This document shows, piece after piece, positions 1 to 9,761 of a stretch of DNA of 64,000 nt. Numbering within the stretch: the first letter of the stretch is position 1; each line of letters opens with the position of its first letter. A program made the translations under genes and the position numbers. The notes below the pieces were generated by a model. The model did no database searches and was not told where the DNA came from. It saw nothing but the letters and a program-made list of their open reading frames with translations. The stretch comes from Elusimicrobiota bacterium. Its GTDB lineage: Bacteria; Elusimicrobiota; Elusimicrobia; UBA1565; UBA9628. The stretch lies in assembly GCA_031423795.1 (NCBI GenBank), contig JANPGH010000114.1, forward strand, positions 14,153 to 78,152. The letters are read 5' to 3'.

Positions 1-1
1 C

Positions 2-3000
2 TATCGCTCGCTGGACGGAGTCTTCCACCGCGATGCCGCGTCGGGGCTCAACATCAGCGACACGCTCGTGGGTGTCGGGACCTTTGGCAACCAAGGTGTC
101 GGCGGTCATGTGACCTTGACCATCAACGATCCCTCCTATGGCAATCCCGGCTACATGCTAGTGACGTCGACGCTCACGACCCTCTATCTCGCCTTCGACA
201 TTTCGCCATCAGCCCGCTTCTCGTATCCGACATTGGCGCCGCCTAACGAAGTCACCGGCGTGAACGCTCCCGATCCCAGCCGGTTCTTGTTGTTGCCGAT
301 GAACGCGGGCCACACCACAGTGTTTGCCAGCTCCGCGGTGGCCAGCACCACCTTCGTCCTGGCGCCCACGATCAATACGATCACCGCGCAGTTCGACCAG
401 ATGTCGGGCAATTCTGCCTTCCAAAACGACAAAAACGCGTCGATGGTGCGCCTAAACTTGCGCACCGACCGCAACACGGCCTTGGTCCAATACCTGCGCG
501 TGGACCGCATGGGATCGCCCTCGTCCTTGGACAGCGACGTCAGCGCAATCAAGGTCTGGCGCGACTCCAACGGCAACGGAATCTTCGACCCCGCTGACGC
601 GGCGACCGCGCCGGACGGGACCTTCCCGAATCTGATCTCATTCGGCAACGATACGTTTAGCACCGGCACCACGACGATCCTGTTGAAGAACTCCGGAATC
701 CTCGTGACGACCGTTACGGCGTCTTACTTTGTGACGTATGACATTTCCCAGTTCGCCCAAGAAGGCAACCAATTGGGCCTGCAGATACTCAATCCCGCGT
801 ATATGACTCTTCAGGCGCCAAATGCCGTGACTTTCGCCAATCCCGCGGGCTTCTTCTCCAATCCGCTCTTGACCGTCCAGAAAGTAACCTCCCATGTGAC
901 CTTGGGCATCAATGACATCGCCTCGTCCATCGCGGGTGTGACCCAGGCCCAATCCAACGTCGGGATGCTGCGGTTCAATTTGGCCACCGACATCGCGCTA
1001 GCACCCTGGCGCTCAATTCGCCTGGAGCGCGGCGGCGGCTCCCAGGATCCGGCCAAGCCTTTTGGGCGCAACACGAACGTCAAGTTCGTGCGCATCTACA
1101 AGGACATCAACCAAAACGACGTGCTCGATGCGTCGGACATCAACATTTCCGAAGTCAACACGACCCTGGTCGTTGGAATTTCGAGCGCTCAAGCAACACC
1201 TTTCGACATGGTGCTGACTTCGACGAGCGGATTCCCGCTCAACAATGCCGGCGCTCCCTTGGGCGGCCGCCTGTGGGTGAACAACGCCGAACTGATGACC
1301 TTCACCGGTCCAGGCTGCCTTACGGCGTCGATACCGGGAATCGACGACACCACCGGACGCCCGTGCTTGCGGATCAACTCGCGCGGCGATAAGATGGGAA
1401 CGGGAAACAGCCCGCGCCTGAACCTTTCGGCCGGCACCTCGGTGCGCAAGGTCGACGTCTACGACCAGACCAACGACGCCAACGTGCAGACGCTGGTGAC
1501 CTTGAACGCCGACCAATTCATTGGCCCAACGGCGCAGACCTTCTTTGCGGCCTACGACGTGGGCGACGCGGGCGTGCCCAACGACCTCATCAACGTCACC
1601 CTGCGCGATCCGTCGTGGATCGGCACCCCGCGCGGCGACATCGTTACCCAAACGCTAATCGTTAATGAGACGCGCACCCTGCCGCTGGGGACCGGGACGA
1701 CGGGCTATCCGTATGTCGGCAGCAACATCGCAATCAGCCCGCTCACCTTAAAGGTCAGCGGATTCTCCTCGGCCCCCAACGGCGCGGGCCAGGGCGACAC
1801 GAACGTCCCGATCCTGACGCTGTCGCTGCAGTCCAGCCAGGATTTCATCAACGTGGCTTCGATGCGCTTCCACCAGCTCGGGACTTTCGCGACTTCGACG
1901 GTGGCATTTACGGGGGATGGCGACGCGGCCATCATCAAGGTGTGGCTCAGCAACGGCAGCGGCGTGTTCAACCCCAGCGTAGACACCTTAATCGGGCAGC
2001 TCAACGTTTCAGACAGCGGGCCCTTCTCCAACGGCGTCGCGCTGGTTCCGTTCACGTTCCACGGCATTCCTTACCTGACCGTGTCGACGGCTGCGGCCAC
2101 GCTGTTCATTTCCGCCGACATCGGCTACTGGGACCGCAGCGGCGGCACGACGCTTAACCACACCCTGGGATTTGCGCTCACCGCTTTCACGGACCTGCTC
2201 GCTCCTGACGGCGCGCCGGTCGTGGCCGCGCCGCACTCGATCCTGCAACCGCCGGTGGCGTCGCAAGTGCTGCGGATTGCACCCCTGACGGTTCCCGGTG
2301 TGTCGGTCAGCTCGGGACTGCCCCCGGTTATTGTAACGAGAGCGGGCGCCGGCATCCCCGGCGATGCCATCGGCTATCCCGCTTATGCGAAGCTTGACGC
2401 GATCAATTGCAACAACGGCAAGGATTCCGGCAATCCGCGCAACAATATTTGCCTCGACGCCAATATCAATCCGATCCCCGACATGACGCGTTGGATCTGC
2501 CCCGACGGCAGCGCGTGGTGCGCGAACGCCGGCTGCACGACCTCGACTTGCTTCCCCGCGCCTCCGCTCATCGACGTCAACGGCGACGGGCGTCCGGACA
2601 ATTTCACAATCGGCCTTAGCACGCGGCCCGACCAGGTCTCGATTTTGGGTGATGGCGTGCCCACCACCGATATCACCGGCACCGGAATCCTCGACGTCGA
2701 CATCAATAAAGACGGCATCCCGGACATCGTGATTTTCCCGCCGGGATCGGCCAAGCCGCAGTTGCGCATTGGCCTGGATCCGACCGACGTCGGCAATCTC
2801 GCCAAGACGGCGCCCGACCCGGGGCAGGGACTCACCCCGACGTCATGGGCGGCCAGCGCCGGTCAGCTTAAGTTCAATTTGCCGATGACGGGTGCCACCG
2901 GTTATTACCTCGTCGGAGTCGGTAAATACTACGACGATCCAATCGGGATCACGCATAAGTGGTCGTCGGTGACCGTGACCGGAATCGCGGGCATGAGTGC

Positions 3001-4081
3001 GGCCGTTTTCCACGCGCGCGCCAACGGCGCGCCGATCACGGCGGCCACCCTAAGCAACCTCGTGCTGGCCGTCCCGGGCGTGGCGCGGTTGGCGAGCGCG
3101 CTGGCGCAAAATACGACGTCGTTTACGGTCGACAATGTGGCCAACCTCAACTTGCAGTCCAATCCTCTGATCTACGTCGGCAGCGAAATCATGCGCGTGA
3201 GCAAGGGCTCGGGCAATACGCTTAACGTGGTCACCCAGGCCGGCGATCCCGCTCCCTACAACGGGCGCGGCTTGCGCGGCTCGGTCCCCATCATCCACAC
3301 GATTGGGGAGGTGGTGTCTGACCAGGGCGCGATCTTGTTCGCCCAATTCATCTCCGGTGGTGGGGCGTCCTCGCCCGTGCAGGCGATGTTCGTTTACCGC
3401 GTCGACCCGATGGCTCCGACAGTTCCCGGCCCGGCGACGCCTCTCGAGCAGGGAAAGACGACCTATCAAGTGAAGTGGAACGCCGCGTCCCAGCCCGTAT
3501 CCGGCGTCTCCCAATACGAGGTCCAGGAGCGCGGCGGCGACCCCAAAGATCTGTCGGCCAACGTCGTGTGGCGCACGCTCAACTTCATCTCCGCGACCAA
3601 GACGACCTATATCGTCGGAGACCCCAATGGCTATCCCGGCGAGGGCGCGCGCGCGCCGGGACAGTTCTTCACCTATCGCGTACGGGCGATGAGCGGCTCA
3701 GGAGTCATCTCCAGCTGGTCGGAACTAGCACCGTCGGCCAACACTGGGGTTACCAGCAGCATCATCTCGGGGGTCAGCAACTTCCCCAATCCGTTCGACA
3801 CGCGCAAGGGTGGCCCCGCGGGCCAGACCCAAATCGTCTACACCCTCAACTCCTACTCCGACGTGACCATCCAGATTTACGACGGCCTCGGTTATCTCAC
3901 CAAGACGATCAACTGCAGCGCGGGCTCCCAAGGCGGATTTACCGGACTGAACTTCGTCACCTGGGACGGCCGAAACGACGCTGGGGCGCTGGTCGCCAAG
4001 GGCGGCTATATCGCGCGCATCAAGGTAAAATCGCCTAACGGCACGGCTACGGCGATACGCAAGATTGGCGTCATCCATTAA
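2..4081 (+). CDS. Very large secreted/cell-surface protein, 5'-truncated by the window edge. Contains a fibronectin type III-like domain near the C-terminus and a T9SS/Por-type C-terminal sorting domain.
   Basis: The frame is open from nt 2 with no stop upstream of the first Met at 68. The protein is >1337 aa, Thr/Ser/Gly/Asn-rich and repetitive. An FN3-like segment reads TYQVKWNAASQPVSGVSQYEVQERGG...FFTYRVRAMSGSGVISSWS. The last ~100 aa match the Por-secretion CTD pattern (FPNPFD...TQIVYTL...VTIQIYDGLGYLTKTI...TWDGRNDAGALVAKGGYIARIKV). Confidence 0.7.
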   Translation, partial: YRSLDGVFHRDAASGLNISDTLVGVGTFGNQGVGGHVTLTINDPSYGNPGYMLVTSTLTTLYLAFDISPSARFSYPTLAPPNEVTGVNAPDPSRFLLLPMNAGHTTVFASSAVASTTFVLAPTINTITAQFDQMSGNSAFQNDKNASMVRLNLRTDRNTALVQYLRVDRMGSPSSLDSDVSAIKVWRDSNGNGIFDPADAATAPDGTFPNLISFGNDTFSTGTTTILLKNSGILVTTVTASYFVTYDISQFAQEGNQLGLQILNPAYMTLQAPNAVTFANPAGFFSNPLLTVQKVTSHVTLGINDIASSIAGVTQAQSNVGMLRFNLATDIALAPWRSIRLERGGGSQDPAKPFGRNTNVKFVRIYKDINQNDVLDASDINISEVNTTLVVGISSAQATPFDMVLTSTSGFPLNNAGAPLGGRLWVNNAELMTFTGPGCLTASIPGIDDTTGRPCLRINSRGDKMGTGNSPRLNLSAGTSVRKVDVYDQTNDANVQTLVTLNADQFIGPTAQTFFAAYDVGDAGVPNDLINVTLRDPSWIGTPRGDIVTQTLIVNETRTLPLGTGTTGYPYVGSNIAISPLTLKVSGFSSAPNGAGQGDTNVPILTLSLQSSQDFINVASMRFHQLGTFATSTVAFTGDGDAAIIKVWLSNGSGVFNPSVDTLIGQLNVSDSGPFSNGVALVPFTFHGIPYLTVSTAAATLFISADIGYWDRSGGTTLNHTLGFALTAFTDLLAPDGAPVVAAPHSILQPPVASQVLRIAPLTVPGVSVSSGLPPVIVTRAGAGIPGDAIGYPAYAKLDAINCNNGKDSGNPRNNICLDANINPIPDMTRWICPDGSAWCANAGCTTSTCFPAPPLIDVNGDGRPDNFTIGLSTRPDQVSILGDGVPTTDITGTGILDVDINKDGIPDIVIFPPGSAKPQLRIGLDPTDVGNLAKTAPDPGQGLTPTSWAASAGQLKFNLPMTGATGYYLVGVGKYYDDPIGITHKWSSVTVTGIAGMSAAVFHARANGAPITAATLSNLVLAVPGVARLASALAQNTTSFTVDNVANLNLQSNPLIYVGSEIMRVSKGSGNTLNVVTQAGDPAPYNGRGLRGSVPIIHTIGEVVSDQGAILFAQFISGGGASSPVQAMFVYRVDPMAPTVPGPATPLEQGKTTYQVKWNAASQPVSGVSQYEVQERGGDPKDLSANVVWRTLNFISATKTTYIVGDPNGYPGEGARAPGQFFTYRVRAMSGSGVISSWSELAPSANTGVTSSIISGVSNFPNPFDTRKGGPAGQTQIVYTLNSYSDVTIQIYDGLGYLTKTINCSAGSQGGFTGLNFVTWDGRNDAGALVAKGGYIARIKVKSPNGTATAIRKIGVIH

Positions 4082-4094
4082 CAACGGCGTTTCA

Positions 4095-4225
4095 TGGGGA
4101 CCGTGAACCATATGCATCATCTGTCGGGGGCGCGCGGGATTGACCCGCGCTCGGCATCGGTCGCGCCACCAAAGCACAAGGCGCGACCGACGACGCCCCT
4201 CCAGACGACGCATATGGTTCACGAT
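4095..4225 (+). ncRNA. Candidate structured RNA or cis-regulatory element. A 13-bp outer helix encloses two GC-rich hairpins in the gap between the surface-protein stop and yjdF.
   Basis: Perfect inverted repeat GTGAACCATATGC (4103-4115) / GCATATGGTTCAC (4210-4222). Inner hairpin GCGCGGG-ATTGA-CCCGCGC spans 4132-4150. Inner hairpin GGTCGCGCC-(12 nt)-GGCGCGACC spans 4159-4188. The 215-nt gap contains no ORF. Confidence 0.3.
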
Positions 4226-4295
4226 GCTGCCTCGATTACGGCGTGTACGGCTTAGGGAAACTTGTATATTCGGACGGAAGAAAGGGAGGAAGCGA

Positions 4296-4922
4296 TTGGA
4301 CCATCCTGATAAAAATTTTCGCGGGTGCCTGTGGCTGATACTGGGCATCGTTTTTGTTTGGTCGGGGGTACGGCCTCACGATTATCCGACCTGGGTTTTG
4401 GAAGTGCTGCCGATTATTGTTGGGGCGCCGCTCTTGATATATCTGCATGGTCGGTCTTTTTACTTTAGCCGATTGGTTAGTTTTTTGCTGTTGTTCCACG
4501 CGGTCATACTCGCCATCGGCGGGCATTACACCTACGCCGAGGTGCCGGCGTTCAGCCGGTTGAAGGAAGCGTACGGACTTTCCCGGAACTACTACGATCG
4601 CCTAGGCCACTTGACGCAAGGCTTCGTCCCGGCGCTGATCGCCCGAGAAGTGCTATTGCGCAAGTCGCCCGTGCCGAGGGGGAAATGGCTGTTTTTCATC
4701 GTCATATCAATTTGCCTGGCCATTAGCGCCACTTATGAGCTAGTTGAATGGGGTGTCGCCGTCGCGGTAGGGTCTGGCGCCGATAGTTTTTTAGGAACCC
4801 AGGGTGATCCCTGGGACACGCAATGGGACATGTTCTGTGCCCTCATCGGCGCCATCACCGCGCTGCTGACGCTGAGTCGGGCGCACGACCGCTCGATGAC
4901 CCGAGTGCAGCGGCATACGTGA
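4296..4922 (+). CDS. yjdF: YjdF/DUF2238-family inner-membrane protein
   Basis: Multi-TM protein (LWLILGIVFVWSG..., LLLFHAVILAIGGHYTYAEVP..., FFIVISICLAISATYELVEWGVAVAVG...) typical of DUF2238. GGAGG sits 6 nt upstream of an in-frame TTG at 4296. The ORF-track ATG at 4140 would add an Arg-rich, non-membrane 52-aa leader, so the TTG start is preferred. The start remains uncertain. Confidence 0.6.
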   Translation: MDHPDKNFRGCLWLILGIVFVWSGVRPHDYPTWVLEVLPIIVGAPLLIYLHGRSFYFSRLVSFLLLFHAVILAIGGHYTYAEVPAFSRLKEAYGLSRNYYDRLGHLTQGFVPALIAREVLLRKSPVPRGKWLFFIVISICLAISATYELVEWGVAVAVGSGADSFLGTQGDPWDTQWDMFCALIGAITALLTLSRAHDRSMTRVQRHT

Positions 4923-5763
4923 AAACCGTCGCAGGTGCCCTTCTCATAGTCTTCGGGCCCGCGTTAGGCGTCGCCGCAACGTCGACGTTCATCCGCCCGA
5001 GCCGCCGTCCCCAATCGGTGGCATTGCTCGTCCGCCATTTGGGGAATTCCGATCTCCTAAGGGCAAGTGCGGTTGAAGAGCCGACGGCGCAGAGTACCGA
5101 TTTTTTGACGCAATTTCACGGTCGACTTCACGAGTCGGTGAGTGCCCATCTCGATGAATTGCTTCCCGACGCTGAGGAGATGATCGCGACCGGCGACCGC
5201 GCCTGGCTCTCCCCGCGATTGGCCGACGCAATTGGTTATCGGCTGTCTCTTTTCGCGCGGGCCTCCGCGCATTTGACGGAGTCGGAGAGGTCTCAGCTCG
5301 CGAGAGTTGCGCAAGGTTATGGCGTTTCTGCTGATCCATTTGCGTTTGCCCCCGAAAGAATCGCCATACTCAAAAAAACCGTCGCAGGGCTGCTCGACCG
5401 GAGAGTACGAGAGTTGAAAGGGGAGAAGACGCCTCTGAGCCCCGATTCGGAAATCGCGTGGCCCGATTCGCCGGGCCCCTGGACCCTTTATTACGCTTAT
5501 GGGTCCAATATCAACCCCGAACAGATGCGCCAGCGCTGCCCCGGCGCGCAGTCGGTGTGTTTTGCATCCCTAACGGATTGGGGATTCTACGTCTGCGCGT
5601 CCCTAACAGCAGCCGTGGGCGCCCCGTCTTAGTCTACGCCAGCGTCAATAGGCAACCGGGCACCCCCGTTCCCGGATATCTGCAAAAGATCGTTGCTTGG
5701 GCGCAGACACATGACTTTCCCCAATATTACGTCAAAGAACTCGAGTCTTGGCTTCCTCAGTAA
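4919..5763 (+). pseudogene. Gamma-glutamyl cyclotransferase (GGCT/AIG2-like) fusion protein interrupted by a +1 frameshift at a C4 homopolymer (~5622-5625). Either an authentic pseudogene or a sequencing error.
   Basis: Frame A (4919..5632) ends ...WTLYYAYGSNINPEQMRQRCPGAQSVCFASLTDWGFYV..., the GGCT N-terminal motif (YxYGSNxxxxQMxxRCP). The C-terminal part of the domain continues in frame B (..RPVLVYASV...PGYLQKIVAWAQTHDFPQYYVKELESW, to 5763). The switch point is the cccc run in gcgccccgtctt. The GTG start at 4919 overlaps the yjdF stop (GTGA). Confidence 0.5.
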
Positions 5764-5779
5764 GGAATGCTAGATTCAG

Positions 5780-7897
5780 ATGCGTGAAAATCCCCGCTAT
5801 AACGGCGCCGATTTGAAGCACCCCGGACGATTCGCCAAATATTTCTCGATTTTCTTTGGACTGCTTTTCCTGCTATTCACCCATCCCCGATTCGTCGGCG
5901 TAGATTCTCCGGGGATGTTCGCCAATTTCCAGAATTCCTGGCAGGACTTCATGTTCAAGCGCTCCGGCGCGGCCTTGAAGCCGGGCGATTCTCGGCTGAC
6001 GATGGTCGCGATGGACGTCGAAACTGGGAAGAAATATGGCTTTCCGCTTCCGCGCAAGGTGTTTGCGCCCATGCTGGACAAGTTCAAGGAGATGGGCGTG
6101 CGCGTCGTGATCTTCGACGTGATGTTCTTCGAGCCTCGGGAAGGGGACGCGGAATTGGCGGCGGCAACCGCGCGCTTCGGCAAGGTAGTGCACCTATTTG
6201 CGCAGGACTTGCAGGAGACCTCGCACGGAGTGGTAACTGCCACCAGTCTCCCCGTGCCGGCGCTTTTGAAAGTATCCAAGTACTTCGGCCATCCCAACAT
6301 CGAAGACTTGATCGACAACGACGGGCATATCCGTCGTTACAGCCTTTTCCGCCAGGGGGCGCCGGATCCTTTCCACCCCACGATGAGCGCCGTTTCTTTG
6401 GAAGCGGCAACACTGGCGGCCGACCAAGATAAAACCATTGAACAGATCCACACCGAATCTGGGGACGATATCCATTCACTGAATTTCCGACTGCCGAAGA
6501 CGTGGGCCGCTCACGAAAAACGCGACGGCGGCAAAAAAATCGCCAATCTCGACATCGTGGTCTCGCCCTATCGGCGAATCTCCTTGCTCGACGTCCTCAC
6601 CGGTTCCCTGACCGCCGAGCAGAGAGAAGCCCTCAAAGGCGGAATCGTGATCGTCGGTTCGACGGCTCTGGGCTACTATGACCATTACCCGACCCCGTTC
6701 GTCGAGCAGGCGCCCGGAGCGGAATTCCATCTGAACGCGATCGACAACGCCCTCCACAACGATGCGATGCGCTCGCCGCCGCGGGCGCTGACGCTTCTTT
6801 TTGTCGTGTTGGCGGTATTTCTGGCGTACCTATTCCAAACCGTTTCCGCGGGCGTCGGGGCGGGTATGGCCGGTTTATGCATCATCGCATGGATCGCTTT
6901 CGCGGCGGCGCGGTTCCGTTACGGCTTTATCGTCGAATTCATCCCACCGACGTTCGCTTTTGCCGGCGCCTACGGCGTTCTGGTAATGCACCGAGTCATG
7001 GAGGAAAGCCGCGAGCGCGCCAAGACGAAGAACCTGTTCGGCCAGTTCGTCTCTCCGGCCGTCGTCGAAAAGCTCATTTCAGATCCCAATCAAGTGAAGC
7101 TCGGCGGTGAAAAACGCGAAATGACGGTCTTCTTCTTAGACATCGCCCACTTCACGAACATCTCGGAAAAGATGGATCCGGAAGCGCTGATCTTATTTCT
7201 CAATAAATACTTGTCGCGCCTCAGCCATCTCATTCATCTGCGTCGCGGCACGATCGACAAATACATTGGCGATTGCATCATGGCCTTCTGGAACGCGCCA
7301 CTGGAAAATCCCGACCACCGCGTCGACGCGATACTGGCCGCCCTTGATTGTCAGGACGCCGTCGCCGATCTCAATAAAACTCTCGATCCCAGCGTGCCGG
7401 AGACTCCCGCCGTGCGCATCGGCATCAATTCCGGAGTGGTCACGGTGGGACTCACCGGCAGCGAGATGAAGCTCCAGTACACGGTCATCGGCGATGAAGT
7501 CAACCTCGCCTCGCGGCTCGAGGGCGCAAACAAGTTCTTCGGCTCCCGCATCGTGATCAGCGAGGCGACGTACTCGGGCGCGCGGGATAAGGTGGTCGTC
7601 CGGACGTTGGGGTGGGTCCGCGTCATCGGCAAGGAAACGGCGATTCGGATCTTCGAGCCGATCGGACGCGCCGGGGCGCTTGGCGCCGACTGGAAAGGCG
7701 CGCTCCCGGTGTACGAGAGCGCCATCGCGGAGTTCGAGGCGAAGAACTGGGTCGCCGCTTTGGCGTCGTTCCAGAAGTTCGCGCAGCTGATGCCCGACGA
7801 CGGTCCCGGGCAGCTTTATTTGCGTCTGAGCCGGGAGTATTCAGTGCTCCCACCGGATGACGCTTGGAAAGGCGTGTTCAATCTCAGGGATAAATAA
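5780..7897 (+). CDS. CHASE2-sensor class III adenylate/guanylate cyclase with a C-terminal TPR-like region
   Basis: N-terminal CHASE2 (MVAMDVETGKKYGFPLPRKVFAPMLDKFKEMGVRVVIFDVMFFE...), then TM helices. Cyclase catalytic core: MTVFFLDIAHFTNISEKM...IDKYIGDCIMAFWNAP...VRIGINSGVVTVGLTGSEMKLQYTVIGDEVNLASRLEG. Confidence 0.85.
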   Translation: MRENPRYNGADLKHPGRFAKYFSIFFGLLFLLFTHPRFVGVDSPGMFANFQNSWQDFMFKRSGAALKPGDSRLTMVAMDVETGKKYGFPLPRKVFAPMLDKFKEMGVRVVIFDVMFFEPREGDAELAAATARFGKVVHLFAQDLQETSHGVVTATSLPVPALLKVSKYFGHPNIEDLIDNDGHIRRYSLFRQGAPDPFHPTMSAVSLEAATLAADQDKTIEQIHTESGDDIHSLNFRLPKTWAAHEKRDGGKKIANLDIVVSPYRRISLLDVLTGSLTAEQREALKGGIVIVGSTALGYYDHYPTPFVEQAPGAEFHLNAIDNALHNDAMRSPPRALTLLFVVLAVFLAYLFQTVSAGVGAGMAGLCIIAWIAFAAARFRYGFIVEFIPPTFAFAGAYGVLVMHRVMEESRERAKTKNLFGQFVSPAVVEKLISDPNQVKLGGEKREMTVFFLDIAHFTNISEKMDPEALILFLNKYLSRLSHLIHLRRGTIDKYIGDCIMAFWNAPLENPDHRVDAILAALDCQDAVADLNKTLDPSVPETPAVRIGINSGVVTVGLTGSEMKLQYTVIGDEVNLASRLEGANKFFGSRIVISEATYSGARDKVVVRTLGWVRVIGKETAIRIFEPIGRAGALGADWKGALPVYESAIAEFEAKNWVAALASFQKFAQLMPDDGPGQLYLRLSREYSVLPPDDAWKGVFNLRDK

Positions 7898-8619
7898 TGG
7901 CGATATTCTGGCGTCTGCTGTTCGGGCACTTACTTGCCGATTTTACCTTTCAAACGAATTACATCAATCGTTGGAAGCGCATCAGCTTCTTCGGCCTGCT
8001 GATCCACTGTCTGATGCACCCGCTATTTTATATGGTGCTGTGCTGGCCTTACCTCGGCGATTTTTGGATCGATAACGCGGTTTTTCGGCTTAACGGTTGG
8101 GCCTGCCTCGCGTTGATCTTTGCCACGCACTGGCTCGAGGACTGGTGGCGGGTGTACTCGATTCGGCGCTACGGCATGCCCGACAACACGGTGTTCTTCC
8201 TCTGGGATCAGGTTATCCACTACTCGGTGCTGTTCGTGGCGGCACCCATGGCCATCAGCAATGCGGCCGCCGTGGGATTTTTTCCCGAGAAATGGCCGGT
8301 GCTCGGATGCTTATTCGTGCTAGTGACTCACGTCTGCACGGTAATGGTTTACTTCCTAGAGAAGGATCTTAACGGAGCGGAGTATCCTGGATTTGATGAA
8401 AAGTATCTGGCGATGGCTGAGCGCCTGGTGCTCGCCCTGTGCTTCCTGTTCCCGAGCGTCTTTGGCGCCGCCGGTCTTGCCGCCGGATGGCTCGGAGTGA
8501 TGTTTTTTCTCAGGCGCAAGCGTATGTTCGACCTGACCACATTCACTTTCTATCTGGGCACCGCGCTGTCGATCCTTTGTGGATTGGCGGCGCGCGCCAT
8601 CTACTACTATCAGCCATGA
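7897..8619 (+). CDS. DUF3307-family integral membrane protein
   Basis: N-terminal HLLADFTFQT motif plus multiple TM helices. The start ATG overlaps the cyclase stop (TAATGG). Confidence 0.6.
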   Translation: MAIFWRLLFGHLLADFTFQTNYINRWKRISFFGLLIHCLMHPLFYMVLCWPYLGDFWIDNAVFRLNGWACLALIFATHWLEDWWRVYSIRRYGMPDNTVFFLWDQVIHYSVLFVAAPMAISNAAAVGFFPEKWPVLGCLFVLVTHVCTVMVYFLEKDLNGAEYPGFDEKYLAMAERLVLALCFLFPSVFGAAGLAAGWLGVMFFLRRKRMFDLTTFTFYLGTALSILCGLAARAIYYYQP

Positions 8620-9761
8620 ACAATATTTTGATCTTATCCGCGTCGCGTACACCGATTGGATCGCTCAACGGGGCACTCTCCAATTCGACGGCGCCTCAGC
8701 TCGGAGGCAAAGTTTGCGCGGAGGCACTGATCAAGGCCGGCATCAAAGGCGAACAGCTCGGCGAAGTGGTCATGGGCTGCGTGCTTTCCGGCGGGATCGG
8801 CCAAGCTCCGGCGCGTCAGGCGGCAATCGCGGCCGGCATCCCAACTGCGGTGGGTGCTACGACGGTCAACAAGGTGTGCGGATCGGGGCTTAAGGCGGTC
8901 ATGATGGCCGCCCAAGGAATTTTGCTGGGAGACCAAGAATACGCGCTTGCCGGCGGGATGGAATCCATGTCGAAGGCGCCGTATCTCCTGGAAAAGGCGC
9001 GTGCCGGCTATCGTTATGGCGACGCCAGACTCTTGGATTCTATTTTGCGAGATGGGCTCATCGATCCATACGAGGGCGTCCACATGGGCGATTGTGGGGA
9101 AATGTGCGCCAAGGAACACTCCATCACGCGTGAGATGCAAGACGCGTGGGCCGTGCGCTCCTACGAGCGCGCGCTAGAAGCCCAGGCCGGAGGGGCTTTC
9201 CATTATGAAATCGTCGCCGTCGACGGTATTGATACTGACGAGGAGCCGGGCCGCGCCAAGCTCGATAAAATCGCGAAGCTTCGACCTGCGTTTCAGAAGG
9301 AAGGGACGATCACGGCGGCCAACGCGTCGAAGATCAACGATGGTGCTGCAGCGCTGGTACTCTCTTCGGGCAAGGGTGCAGCGGGCAAACTCCCCCTGGC
9401 CCGCATCGCGGGGTGGGCCACGCATTCGCAAGATCCGAAGCAGTTCACGACGGCTCCGGTGGGTGCTGTCGACAAGCTTTTGAAGAAGATCGGATGGACC
9501 AAGGAGTCTGTGGATCTTTTCGAAATCAACGAGGCCTTCGCGGTCGTGACCCTGGCGGTCGCGAAGTTAGCCGGCATACCTCACGAAAAAATTAATGTGT
9601 TCGGCGGAGCGGTGGCGCTCGGCCACCCATTAGGAGCTTCCGGTGCGCGCATCTTGGTCACGTTGCTGAGCGCGCTTAAAATTCGCAACGGCAAGCGCGG
9701 CGTCGCTAGTATTTGCCTTGGCGGCGGGGAGGCGGTCGCCGTTGCCGTCGAGCGCGTTTAA
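8616..9761 (+). CDS. Acetyl-CoA C-acetyltransferase (thiolase II)
   Basis: [22 protein letters not shown]..., [16 protein letters not shown] (active-site Cys), C-terminal [12 protein letters not shown]. The ATG overlaps the upstream stop (ATGA), indicating translational coupling. Confidence 0.85.
   Translation: MNNILILSASRTPIGSLNGALSNSTAPQLGGKVCAEALIKAGIKGEQLGEVVMGCVLSGGIGQAPARQAAIAAGIPTAVGATTVNKVCGSGLKAVMMAAQGILLGDQEYALAGGMESMSKAPYLLEKARAGYRYGDARLLDSILRDGLIDPYEGVHMGDCGEMCAKEHSITREMQDAWAVRSYERALEAQAGGAFHYEIVAVDGIDTDEEPGRAKLDKIAKLRPAFQKEGTITAANASKINDGAAALVLSSGKGAAGKLPLARIAGWATHSQDPKQFTTAPVGAVDKLLKKIGWTKESVDLFEINEAFAVVTLAVAKLAGIPHEKINVFGGAVALGHPLGASGARILVTLLSALKIRNGKRGVASICLGGGEAVAVAVERV

Noticed and set aside
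184-3514. Numerous antisense and alternate-frame ORFs overlapping the giant surface-protein gene and other long genes (e.g. 184-672, 1013-1651, 2383-2835, 3050-3514 on the minus strand)
   Set aside because: These are typical spurious open frames of high-GC DNA. They have biased Arg/Ala/Gly/Pro composition, lack recognisable motifs and lie wholly inside strongly supported genes on the other strand.
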